This document shows positions 51,515-63,955 of a DNA stretch of 64,000 nucleotides, in pieces. Below the pieces are notes generated by a model. That model saw only the letters and a program-made list of their open reading frames with translations. It was not told where the DNA came from and did no database searches. The translations under genes and the position numbers were made by a program. How positions within the stretch are numbered: position 1 is the stretch's first letter; each line of letters opens with the position of its first letter. The DNA comes from Octopus bimaculoides (taxonomy: Eukaryota), in the NCBI RefSeq assembly GCF_001194135.2, contig NC_068998.1, positions 2,507,156 to 2,571,155 on the forward strand. The letters run 5' to 3'.

Positions 51515-54467
51515 TTTCTACATATTAACTGAAAAGGGTTGAGAAACACTAATGTTGAGTTCCCCATTGGTTCAACCAAAGAAATTGCAAAACTGAGGAC
51601 GAACTAAGCACAATTCTCTTCATTAGTAAGCTCTCAGCTGGAAGTGTTTATTCTAACTTCCAAAATTTGGTTAGTGAAGCCAATGATGGCTTAACTGTCC
51701 AAAACTTCAAAGTCACAGTCAATGTTCAAGAATAATAAATTTATACTCTAAAAAAGTATAGAGTAACCCATCAGATTAATGTCAAATTATTTTTATTATA
51801 ACTGAACATAAAAACAAATAAACAGACATTATATATACTCCTATACACACACACACACATTTGGTATAAATAGATCTAAGCAAGGTCATACACAGCTGCT
51901 GGTGTGCATGTAAATATATATACACAAGTCTGTGTGTGTGTGTGTGTGTGGATAAACGACATGGTCAGATGCCTCAACAACTAAGCCAGTTCTGCTCACA
52001 ATTGCCATTTCAAAGTTCCCAGCTGCTAATGGTAATCCATGGTATAGAAACACTGAGAAGGCACTAAATACTTTCCACTATATAATGTATGATTTATTTT
52101 CATTACAGTTTAAGCTTCATGTTTTGTTCATTTAGATGTAGACTGTTTACAAGAGTGTGTATGTGTCTCTGTGTGTACATGCAGATATATATATATTCAT
52201 ACGCTCACACATACACACTAATATGAACTTACTTGTCAGTACCTTTAACATGTTTTTAGATTCTTGGAGGATTATTTTTCTTTTTCCTTAAGAGTTTGGT
52301 GATTTATAGAATTTGTCCCATTTCCACTGAAAGGAAATTCTATCCTTTCCAGAAGTTTCCCCCCCAAACTTGGTCAATGTAGTCATGCAGTTTCTCATTT
52401 AACCCCATTTCCTCTTTGGAATCTTATTACAAACTTTCGTTACCAATCATTATTATTATTATCATTATTGTTATTATTATTATTTTGCCAAAAGTATTCC
52501 GCAAAAGTAGTACTGGGAGTCCATGAACTAAATTCAAAATTTCCAATATCTATCTACCTAAGGATAAGCATATTAAAAGGGGTCCATGGGAAAACTCATT
52601 TAAATAAAAGGGGTCCTTGGTAGTGAAAAGGTTGGGAACCACTGTTCTACACAGGTATGCATTATTTTACACCTTTTCCCATTTTTTCATCTCTTTCTCC
52701 TCTCCTCCTTAATTTCATAAACACATTCAATTTCTCAAGCTCTGCCTCCAGCACATATATACATCTTTTCCTTTATACATCATTCACATAAGTACATATG
52801 TAACGTTTTTATACAAATACATTGATAAACATCATAGTTCACACACATGTATGTGTATAAATATATACATACATATGTATATACATACACACATGTATAT
52901 ATACATACACATATGTATATACATAGACACGTGTATTATAGCTAAGTACTTGTGTCCTACTACCCTCGACCACTTGTCCCCTCTCTGCCTGATATAAGTG
53001 GGCAGTGAAGTGACTAATTCTATGTGAAGTTTATCTGACCTAATCTAAAACTTATGACTTACTGAAGATTTTTCTAATTTATTAAGTAACAAATATGAGT
53101 CATTTCAAATATACATATATCTTGTGTGTGTGTGTGGGGGGGACTATTCTGCTTACACACACAAATGCACATGTGGGCCCTATGACACATTTGCATTAAT
53201 GTGTGTGTGTTTGTGTGCATGCATGGTTGTATTCCACTACGATTCTGTGTTGTCTGACTATAAAGTTTCTCTTATGACTGTGTGTTCTGTGTGAGGGTGG
53301 AGAAATTCCTTTCCTATATCATCTTGAGAGAAAGAATTAACTTATAGTTGATTATGTTTGACTAAACTCTCAAACAGTGGCTCCACAATGAAGATTAACC
53401 ATGAAATATAATTTACTACTTACAATAAATTACAATATGCATTTTAATATCACAATATGTAATTACATTATAAATAGTCAGCAGTCAATTAATTTATAAT
53501 TGGCCACGTTGCTTATCAGTGCATGTACATGTGTGTTTGATTGAGACATGCCTTTCTCAACTAGGTGGCACCGGATTTGATCCCATCATGCAGCAGGACC
53601 TTGGGAAAGTGCTTTCTATCAGTTGACCAAAACCTTGTGAGAAAAAGATAGAAAACAGAAACTGCATGGAAGCCCTTTAATGGTGGAATTATTCCTGTCT
53701 TTGAATGGTTTTAGATCCTTGCACATGTTAGTTAATATCCTCATTTGGCCTTCAAGTATGTTTAGTAGAGTCCAATCTGTTGCAAGCATTTAAATCTGGC
53801 CTCTTGTCTAAGGCTTTTTCCCCTTTTCCCACTGGTCAAGGAGGCCTAAGATGCTGCTCTGTACAGTATTTGAACTCAGAAGCACAAGGTCCACCATATA
53901 CTGAACAATATATAGCCTGTTTAGTTGAGTGACCTAGCACCATTTTATGACTGGTACTTAATTTTATTGACTCTGAAGAGATGAAAGGCAAATGTGATCT
54001 GATGGTATTTAAGCTTAGCAGAAACAACAAAGTACTAAATACCATCTGGTCCCATGCACTTCTGGTCTATCACTCTACCAACCAAACAACAAAAACAACA
54101 ATAACAATCCTTTCTATTATTGCCACAAGGCCTGAAACTTATTGGATGGATGTGGCAAGTCAATTATATTGGCCCCAGTGTGTAACTGGTACTTAGCATA
54201 TCAACTGGATGGGGGCAGTGATGGTGGGAGGGAGTGTATTTATCAGTTCTGAAAAGATGAAGGGTAAAGATGGCCAGTATGAATTTAAACATCAAGTATG
54301 ATGATGAGATGATGATGATGATGGTGATGATGACGACCAGTAAGTTAGGAAACTTTTTACCTCCCTTCAATTTACAAAAACGAGAAAAGCAGTTTCCATT
54401 TTGTAGCATTGCCAAACTGAAGAAAATTCCAGGAATAAGGTCTTATGCTGAATTAGATTTATTATTA

Positions 54468-55348
54468 CAGATTGGCTGAATTGTTAGAACATCGGTCAAA
54501 ATGCTTAGCAGCAGTTTTTTCAGGCTCTGTGTTCGAAGATCAAATCTTACAGTGGTCAACTCTGCCTTTCCTCCTTTCGAGGTCAATAAGATCAAGCACT
54601 GAAGTGTCATTGATTTGCTCCCTGCCATCAAAATTTGAAGCAATTATTATTATTGTTGTTGTATAAGGTGGAGAGCTGGCAGAATCTTTAGCATGCCAGG
54701 TGAAATGCTTAGCGGTATTTCGTCCGTCCTTATGTTCTGAGTTCAAATTCCACCGTGGTCATCTTTGCCTTCCATCCTTTTGGGGTCAATAAATTAAGTA
54801 CCAGCTGTGTACTGGAGTCGACCTAATCGACTAGTCTCCTCCTCCAAAATTTCGGGCCTTGTGCCTAGAGTAAAGATTATTGTTGTTGTTGTTAAGGCGG
54901 TGAGCTGGCAAAATTGTTTGCACAACAGGCAAAATGCTTAGTGGTATTTCACCTGGTGCTACGTTCTCAGTTCAAATTCTGCCGAGGTCGACTTTGCCTT
55001 TCATCCTTCCAGGGTTGATTAAATAAGTACCAGTTACACACTGGGGTTGATGTAATCAACTTCATCTCCTCCCCCCAAGCAGCCCTTGTAGCAAAATTTG
55101 AAATCATTATTATTATTGTTGTTGTTGCTGTTGTTGTTAAGGCAGTGAACTGGCAGAATTGTTAGCACACCAGGCAAAACGCTTAGTGGTATTTCATCCA
55201 TCTTCGCATTCTGAGTTCAAATTCAGCTGAGGTCGACTTTGCCTTTCATCCTTCTGGGGTCAATAAATTAAGTACTAGTTATGCACTGAAATCAATGTAA
55301 CTTGGTCTCTCCCCCAAAATTGCAGGCATTGTGCCTATAGGCAGAGAT
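54468..55348 (+). mobile_element. Four head-to-tail family A SINEs
   Basis: Copies at about 54468-54641, 54666-54877, 54895-55105, 55140-55348, separated only by (TTA/TTG)n. Confidence 0.88.
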
Positions 55349-55630
55349 TCTACAGAGGAAGCCATTTTTGTGTGGTAGACCTAATTTTTTCCTTGTTTAA
55401 CACCACCACCTGGCCCTTGACTGTGCCTTAATAAAACCCCCCTAAAAGCCCACTCTGTTGCAAGTATTTAAAGCAGACCTCCAGAGGTTTCTTTTTTTCC
55501 TCCCTGTACCCACCACCACAAGTCTCAGAAGACCCTCAAAAAAGGTACTAGGTGCTTCCTTTCCACTTCTGACTAAACCATAAAAAATGTATACTATGAC
55601 TCCAGTAATCCCACTTTGGTAATATCATTG

Positions 55631-55665
<35 letters not shown>

Positions 55666-56379
55666 GGTACTTATGGGCATTAGTACTGTTTCACCCCACC
55701 TCACCCCTCATCTTCTAAAATACGTAACTTAAACCTCATCAAAAAGAAACCCATATCAAATATGAAATTATATTCTTGTGGGGATATAATTAATAAAATT
55801 AGAAATGTAAGTCCCCTCACCACCACCACATTCTTTTTTTTCATTTGTAAAACTATTTTAAATGCTTTCACAGAATAATAATAATAATAATAATGATAAA
55901 AACTAAGGCTCTTTTTCTTTCTTTCTAAAGAAATAAAAACTACAAATATTCCATTCTTTTTTTGTGTATATGGTATGCATTTTAAATCTTTATTTCTCCC
56001 CTACTGTAAAGAATTCGTTATTTAGCAAGGCGTTGGCATGTTGAAAAATATATTGGCAAAGCTGCTAAAAAAATTTTTTTTTCAAAATAAAGAAAATTTA
56101 CAAAACAATACAAACATTGAAAGTAAAAAGTTGTTTTCGTGGATTGATTTATAACTTAACATGAATGAGGTTAGCTTTATTTTGTGGAAATTTAAAAAGA
56201 ATTAAATTAAATATTTTTGATTTGATATCAGGTTTCAACAGCAACCCGACCCTCCTCTCCTACATTTTGTACAAATGATCTTGATGATGGTGGTGGAGCG
56301 GTAGTAGTGGTGGTGGTAAATGTGCTACCCCATTATCAATCCTGATACAAGAAAACAGAATGTCTCTTTTTATTTGCTC

Positions 56380-57560
56380 CAGTTCTTTAGCATCTGAGTT
56401 CAAATCCTGCTGAGGTCAACTTGGCTCCCACACCACCACCACCACATTATCCAATGTGTCCTTACATTATTTAATGTGTCCTTTAAGATGGTAAGGTCTG
56501 ATTTGAGGGAAATTCCGTTGCCTTTCCCAACAGGTCAAGCAACTATGTAGAGACTCCTTCACTGGTTCATAGTAATGATGTGAATTTAGATGAGGGTTAC
56601 AATAATCCTTTCTACTATGGGCACAAGGCCTGAAATTTGGGGGAAGTGGTTGGACAAGTCAATTATATTGATCTCCAGGGTATAACTGGTACTTATTTCA
56701 TCGACCCCAAAAGGATGAAAGGCAAAGTCAACTTTGACAGAATTTGAACTCAGAGCATAGCTATGGGCGAAATACTGCTAAGTATTTCGTCCAGCATGCT
56801 AACTATTCTGCCAGCTCACCACCTTCATGATGGTTACAATAATGGGGACTATGATGATGATTATGAGGTCAATGCTGGTGGTGGTGTTGATGGTGGTGGT
56901 GATAGTGGTAGTGATGGTGATGATGGTGGTGGTTGCGGTGATGGTGGTAGTATTGGTGATAATGATTTTGGTGGTGGTTGTGGTGACGGTGGTGTTTGCA
57001 ACCATTTACTAAATTAATAACATATTTGCACTTGGTGAAAACTTATGACTAAACTGGGGGTAGGGGTTAAATAATTAATTTATTCTCTTAATGACTAATA
57101 ATGCATATTTCATTCAAATCTTTGTTATTTAGGGCAGTAAGTTAACAGAATCATTAAGGTATTGGGCAGAATACCTTGTGGTGTTTGTTCTAGCACTTTA
57201 CCTTTCGAGTAACACTGGGGTCGATGTAATCAACTGTTCCCCTCCTCACAAAATCCAGGCCTTGCGCCTATAGTAGAAAGGATTATCAGTATATTATTAT
57301 TATTACTATTGTTGTTATTATTATTATCATTATTATTATTATTATTAAGGTGGTGAACTGGCAGAATTGTTAGTACGCTGGACGGAATGCCTTGCAGTAT
57401 TTCACCTATCGCTATTTTCTGAGTACAAATTCCACCAAGGTCAACTTTGCCTTTCATCCTTTCTCGGTTGATAAATTAAGTACCAGCTAAGTACTGGGGT
57501 CAGTTTAATTGACTTAACCCCTCCCCTGAAATTGCTGGCCTTGTGTTAAAATCATTATCA
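56380..57560. mobile_element. Cluster of family A SINEs in both orientations
   Basis: Fragment 56380-56420(+), 56600-56822(-), deleted copy 57130-57285(+), 57347-57560(+). Confidence 0.8.
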
Positions 57561-58212
57561 ATAATATTAATATGCTAACTTTTTGCTTTTGTACGTACCT
57601 GTAGTGTGCGTCACACTTACTTCAAAGAAGTGGCAAAGTGAGAGAGAGGAGGACAGAGAGCAAGTAAGAGAGAAAGAGAGAGTGAGAGAGAATAAGAAAG
57701 AAAGAGTGAGAGAGAGTGAAAGAGACATTGAGTGGTGACGGCGTTCGTTTTGTGTTTTTAAATGTTTATCACATTGCAAGAGAAGTAGATATATAGATAC
57801 ATATACACACTGTTAAATCAAAAGCAGGAGAGAAGAGGGACACAAAGGAAGTGAAAGATAAAGAGAGAAAGATGAGAGAGACAGCAGATACATAAATCCA
57901 AAGAAAAGTTCATACATAGATACATAGACACAGCTGAACAGACCAAACATCTTGAACAGAACCAAACACCTTGAAATTTATTGTTAATATCTCGAATCTA
58001 AATAATATATTGAAAACATTTTTCTTTGATCTTATAAACCTGCTAATGTTTCCCATTTTTTTGCTTTGTTTTTATTGGAAACTTTTCTTGCCAGCTCTCA
58101 TCACACAGTCCAACCTATGTTAGCATGGACAATGGACGTTTGATGACGATGAAACACACACACATACATACACACATTTTTGTACTTATCTGTTGTTTTC
58201 TTGAAATTCCAG

Positions 58213-58319
58213 GTTAATTGTAGGCGCACCAAAGTTTAAAGAAGGCGCAAACACCCATGGAAAAATATTTTCCTGTTCAGTACAGCAGACAAATTCTTGC
58301 CAACCAATTGATGTTCAAT
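58213..58319 (+). CDS. Integrin alpha subunit, exon 2 (FG-GAP repeat 1)
   Basis: Acceptor ttccag|G at 58211-58213 completes the phase-2 codon ACG; reads LIVGAPKFKEGANTHGKIFSCSVQQTNSCQPIDVQ (GAP motif plus the G.i..C....C pair). 107 nt, donor gtaagc at 58320 (phase 1). Confidence 0.93.
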
Positions 58320-59612
58320 GTAAGCAGCTTCATTTTATCTGATTTAAGATTTTTCACAGCAAGTAATTATATATATAATTATACACACACAATACAAAAT
58401 TCGAGGGGGATTCCTAAAGTTTGTGATACACATGTGTGTGTGTGTGTGTGTATGAGTGCTGTGTGTGTGTATGTATGTGTGTGTTGTGAGTTTGTAAATG
58501 TTTGTGTTTCCTTGTCTTAACATCACATGATACTTGTAAATGAACGTCACTGTCATTCATATCCAATATTCTGCAAAAACATGTCTGGCCAAAGAAAATC
58601 TGCCTTGACAAATTCTCTCTGACCCATGCAAACATGGAAAAGTGGATGTTAAAATGATCACTCACACACACACACACGTCACTATCTTTCAATCATTAGC
58701 CATTTGTGGTTTGCATAACTATCAACCTGTCCATTACTCTTGTTTCCCACAATCTTTCTAGTTACCATTCTCTAGTTAACCACCTCACTTGTTTTCCTTC
58801 TCTATCTCTATCTACTCCCCTTTTGAAAAGTCACCTGCTAACACTTTTTCTCACTTTTCATTCTTGACCCTCCCTCTCCTTCCTCTTCTTTCACTTCCTG
58901 TTTTTCATTCACTCACTACTTACTCATTACTGTAACCTGAAACAGGCTCTTTCTTTTTATTAATTATTTTCACTTTGTCTGCCTCTCCATAACTCCACTC
59001 CCCACAAATACATCAATGTCAATACTAAACATCTGACCTCTACTGATATATGTCACCATTTATTTCCACTCTAAAGCATCTTTCTTTCAGAATGAATTTC
59101 TTTTAAACCAATGACACATGTTGACAAATGCAATATGAACTTAATTACACTCATAAACTTCAATTAAATGTTCAAAATCAACCATGATCAGATATAAGTG
59201 CTTGAGGAAAAACTGTTATATGGCTGGAAGCCTTTCCTGGCCCCTGGGGAAATAGATTTTTAATTGACAATGCATGCGTTGTGAATTAAGATTGTGCTGT
59301 GATATTTGTATAAGACCCTTCTCTCTACAGAACGTAATCTTACTTCAGTAATATGTCTGACTAACTAATGGGACACATTCTAGCCTCTGCTTCACAGGCA
59401 TGATAGGCATAATGTCTCCTCCTCTGTCTTTTCTATCACTGCTACATTGGTCTCTATTCCTTGGAGCTGGTTGATCTTGTACCTTTAACACACAGGCACC
59501 TTTGACCCCTCTTCTCATTCTTGGTGCATCCTATCCTCTCAGGATCACACACACTAATTCACTATGCCCAGTTCTTTCACTCCACTACATCAGCACCCTC
59601 TGGAATCTTTTC

Positions 59613-59750
59613 CTTGTTACCTCTGCCTTAGCGAAGGTAGAGGTATTGTTTTTCATTGTGTTTGTTTGTTTGCTTGTCTGTGGACAAGATATCTCAAGAA
59701 CTGCTGGATGGATTTGGATGAAACTTTCAGGGATGTTTCGCCTCCTGTCA
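59613..59750 (+). mobile_element. DINE-1/HINE-like (Helentron-associated) element 5' part
   Basis: Subterminal hairpin ACCTCTGCCTT-AGCG-AAGGTAGAGGT (59619-59644), then (GTTT)n and GATATCTCAAGAACTGCTGGATGGATTTGGATGAAACTTT. Confidence 0.65.
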
Positions 59751-60806
59751 AACCATCCAACCTATACCAGCCTGGAAGACAGACGTTAAATGATGATGAT
59801 GATGATGATAATGATGATCACTTTAAAACAAGCAGTTTGTATCACAGAATAAGGGAGATTTCAGGTGGGTTGGTATTAAAACAGTTAAATAAATCTCTCC
59901 ACCACCACCTCCTGGACGGTTTGCCAATGTATCTCTCAGCATTTTCAGACAATCTGATGGTAAGCCATAACTAACAGTGGACTGAGGTACACCGAATTAA
60001 AAGCCTCGTAACTGTATTTGAACTTCATGTATTTCTAAGGAGATGATAGTCCAATAACATGCTTGCTCAGAAGATTCATTTGTTTTCAGACAAATACATC
60101 AGCGGCAGGTCAAAGTAGAATCTATTAAGAGTAGAATCTATTCAAATAAGAGGACACATTAGACAAATGTAGTAATACATGTCTTTAAAAAAATGGGATA
60201 GTCATGGCTGACTTTTGATCATAGGTTTTCTTTATCAAAATTGACCTGAGATTAACTAAAAACAACAAAATCTGGAGCTATATTGATAACTGCTCCAGCT
60301 GACCTAGCTAGAGAAAAGTAAATGTTGTTTTTTACCTTTTTAAATCACTGAAGTTAATTGCTCGGAGATGCCATCTGCATGAAAAGACTACTTAAGTTAT
60401 TGTTTACAAATTTAACATGGTGAACGTCAAAAATCCAATTAGGAACAGTATGTGGTGGGGAAAAGACAACCATAGCCTAATTTCTTGTATTTTATTTCAG
60501 ATTTGCTGAAAAGGTTTAATAAAACTGAAACATGCAGAGCATTAGTTTATCTTGTCAAAATAAATATTGGTTAAATAGCTAATGTTTTTTACTCATTGCC
60601 TAAGTTTTTTTTTAATTAACAATACTTGTATGTAATTGAGTTTTTGATGTTACTTATATTAAATATGCTAACCTAACTTATTGGTTAATGGTTTATATCT
60701 CTTAGTACTTCATTGTGTGAACAACCAAGATACTTTTCAAATAGCTTGCCCTACATAGCTGGATTGAGGGACTCAAACTCTGACATACTTATATCTCTCA
60801 TTACAG

Positions 60807-60895
60807 TTAAAACTAAGAATGGTTATGGTTATTCCAAAAATGATCTCTGGATTGGTGGAACAATGGATACGAATGAACAGAAAAATAAAGTCATG
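60807..60895 (+). CDS. Integrin alpha subunit, exon 3
   Basis: Acceptor cattacag|TT completes phase-1 codon TTT; reads (F)KTKNGYGYSKNDLWIGGTMDTNEQKNKVM, matching the K..xW(L/I)G.t motif of blade 2. 89 nt, donor gtaaga at 60896 (phase 0). Confidence 0.88.
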
Positions 60896-60984
60896 GTAAG
60901 AGTATAACTTTTTTTTTTTTTTTTACACATTTTCTGTTGATTCAGACTAAAATATATTTTACTTTTTTAAATCACTAACATGGT

Positions 60985-61240
60985 TATCTACCAACTTTCC
61001 AACAATAACCTTGGGCACCTTTTTGAAGTCCATATAACAAACACTTGCAAATATACTTATAAAATCAAAAACAACACAGCACCCATGACTTTCGGAAACA
61101 TTTTTTCATGCTGGAATAAACTACCTGCATCATTTATTAGCTGTCGCGACAGTACATCCTTCAAAGCTTCTGTGCTTCCTGAAATCCGCCAAAAGTACAC
61201 CTGATGGCCCCCTTTTTATTTACTTTTTATTTTAGTCGTA
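60985..61240 (+). mobile_element. CR1-type LINE 3' end remnant
   Basis: HDFRKHFF / WNKLPASFISCRDSTSFKA matches the CR1 C-terminal FF..RV...WN.LP......S...FK motif. Confidence 0.7.
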
Positions 61241-61670
61241 GTGCACCTGAGCACCGTATACAACAATTTCCTTCGTTATCCATTCTATAAGAAAAGGGTC
61301 AGACTGGTGACGTTTGTGGTTAGATGTTAACCATTTGCCTGTCCTGTGTATCCATTCTGATACACAGGACATATTTCCCTGGCATCCATGCATCATACCT
61401 CATACCCTTTTGGAATCTTTCTTTTCAACTCCCAGAATAACTTGGGACTTATGAAGGGAAAGTTTTATGTTACTCAGAACATGAAACAAGGGTTTGCAAC
61501 AATGTCTGAAAACAAGCATGGATGTGTAGGATAAATTTATAAAAACGCTTTGGACAGGCAAAAGATTAAAGACGAGAGTGGATGTATGCTTTGTATGCAT
61601 ATAAGAAGTAAGACAAGGGGATTCAACCACATACCTTACAATTAAGGAACACCAATACAGATGCTTTTAA

Positions 61671-61878
61671 CCCTTTTAATACCAACCCGGCTGAAACCAC
61701 CTCTGGCTCTGTAGTACAAATGTCTTGCTTTCAAAAGTTCTGAGTTAAAATCTTCCACCAAAGCTTAGTTCTAATACTAGCTGAATGATAACTAATTATT
61801 TTACTAAATTCTTTGTTGTATTTAAAATTAATTAAAAGAAACACAGAGGATCTCAACAGAAATATGGTAACGAAAGGA
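61671..61878 (+). mobile_element. piggyBac-type MITE, 208 bp
   Basis: TTAA at 61667-61670 and 61879-61882; imperfect TIRs CCCTTTTAATACCA / TGGTAACGAAAGGA. Confidence 0.8.
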
Positions 61879-62296
61879 TTAAATGAGTTACAACTCTGGT
61901 GTGTGAGTATGGTGTAGGTATAGACTTGGCAGACAGAATGATTAAAGTACTTAAGACCAAGTAATAGAATAATGAGATGTAGAGTAGAGATGTGTGACAT
62001 GACAGAATCTTTGATTTCAGTTCATGAGTTTTCTCTGAGTAAAAGGATGTAATTGGCAAAACCAGTTCAGGCTTCTTCAAAAATTCATGACTTGTACATT
62101 TTCATTCATCATTACCATTTGACATTTCATTATACATTATATATGAAGGTATGTGGCTAAGTGGTTAGGGGATTAGGCTCACAATCATAAAGTCTTGAGT
62201 TTGATTTTAGCTGCACAGTTTTAAAATAGCAACTTGGACTACCAACTTTTAAATCTTTGGTTAAAACCATTGTAAATGCATTATTGTACCTTTGGA

Positions 62297-62488
62297 AAAG
62301 GTGGCGAGCTGGCAGAAACGTTAGCACGCTGGGCGAAATGCTTCGCAGTATTTCATCTGTCTTTACATTCTGAGTTCAGATTCCACCAAGGTTAATTTTG
62401 CTTTTCATCCTTCCAGGGTCAATGAATTAAGTACCAGTTGTCCACTGGGGTTGATCCAATTTCAGGCCTTGTACCTAGAGTAGAAAAG
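62297..62488 (+). mobile_element. Family A SINE with 17-bp target-site duplication
   Basis: ATTATTGTACCTTTGGA at 62280-62296 and 62489-62505 flanks the SINE, consistent with TPRT retroposition. Confidence 0.92.
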
Positions 62489-62642
62489 ATTATTGTACCT
62501 TTGGAGAACACAATTCTGCATATTTCCACTCCCATAGCTGTTTGGAATAACCACAAAATCAACTGGGAATGGTTCATGCAAAAGAGTCTGGCATTCTGTT
62601 GAAGGTGTGTGTATGTATGTAGATGTTTATTATATAAAAATA

Positions 62643-62853
62643 ATTCTACTATAGGCACAAGGCCTAGAATATTAGAGGTGGGGGCTGGTTGATTACATTG
62701 ACCCCAATGTTTAACTGGTATTTATTTTATCGACCCCTGGAAGGATGAAAGACAAATTCAACTTTGCCAGAATTTGAATCAGAATGTAAAGATGAACAAA
62801 ATGCTTAGTAATATTTTGTCCAGCATGCTAACAATTCTGCCAGCTCGCTGCCT
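62643..62853 (-). mobile_element. Family A SINE, inverted relative to 62297-62488
   Basis: Reverse complement of family A from head (GGCAGCGAGCTGGCAGAATTG) to tail (GTGCCTATAGTAGAA). Confidence 0.87.
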
Positions 62854-63238
62854 AAAAAAAATGTTTTTTAAATTGATAGTCCTCTAAAGTTTCACCTAGA
62901 CAATAAAGGAGTCTAAGATTTTATTTAGGGTAAGAAAGTTAATAGAAAATCCTGGTTCTTTCATTGCAGTCACAGTTGTAATCAAATGTCAGGAGAAAAT
63001 CAAGAAGACTATCATTTTTTGATATAATAAACATACGTTACTCTTGTCCAAGTATTGAGTTCTATATCAGATAATGCTTGCATCATGCTTAATATATACT
63101 TGCACATATTTTACAACACTTATATAACGATGATCACCATCATGAGGATGGATAGATACGGATTGATTAATTGATTGATTGATCCATCTTTAGCTACATA
63201 ATACTAATTTAAAAACACAAATGGAAACTTTTTTGCAG

Positions 63239-63421
63239 ATATGTGCCCATAGATACACAATTCTTTTATTACGGTCACAACGGATGACAGGTATTTGTCT
63301 TGAGATGTCTGACGCAACTGGTCAAGACACAAGAATGCTGGAGTGCCAAGCAGACCAGAAAAGAAACGGTGTTTACTACTATGGTGTTGCTCAATTAGGT
63401 ACATCAATGAAATATTCTAAG
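63239..63421 (+). CDS. Integrin alpha subunit, exon 4 (blade 2 to start of blade 3)
   Basis: Acceptor ttttgcag|ATA, phase 0; ICAHRYTILLLRSQRMTGICLEMSDATGQDTRMLECQADQKRNGVYYYGVAQLGTSMKYSK (CAHRY resembles the CAHRW/CGHRW of alpha4/alpha9-type chains, G.C, and QxGxS). 183 nt, donor gtaaga at 63422. Gene continues beyond the window. Confidence 0.92.
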
Positions 63422-63955
63422 GTAAGATTCTTCATGAATAATTTTTTAGCTCCAGCTATGATGACCTATGCATTCTGGCTGTAAGCAAAACACCAATGTT
63501 CCTGCAAATAGTGTCATCTGTATTCCTCTGTGAAAGTATGGCCAGGCTGTTTGTTGTTCACTTGACTGGGGCAGTTATTCCTTTGCTTGGAAATAAGTGA
63601 GCAGTGGGATTAGCAGAATCATTAGAACACTGGATAAAATATTTAGTGATATTTGTTCCAGACCGAGATCAACTTTGCCTTTCACTGCTCAGAAGTCAAA
63701 AAACACAAGACCTGTTAAGAATCAGGGCTAAATATTTGACTGTTCCTTTTGCACCTAAGTCAGAAATTAATAAGGAGACTGAATGAAAAGGTAAAGTACC
63801 AGAGTAAATATCAGTATTTAATGTCTATTGTCCATGCTGTCATGGGTTGGATGATTTGACCGGAGCTTACAAGCCAGAGGACTGCAGCCAGCTCTATTGT
63901 CTTCTTTGGCATGGCCACAGTCAAATGACTGAAACAAGTAAAAGAGAGTAAATAA

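Noticed and set aside
54468-55348. Regularly spaced repeats resembling a CRISPR array
   Set aside because: Units are about 200-bp SINEs separated by microsatellites in eukaryotic DNA; no short repeat/unique spacer structure and no cas genes.
58257-58520. 87-aa ORF starting inside exon 2; ORFs 60713-60907 and 63221-63484 as stand-alone genes
   Set aside because: The first is out of frame with the integrin; the other two are integrin exons 3 and 4 plus intronic read-through.
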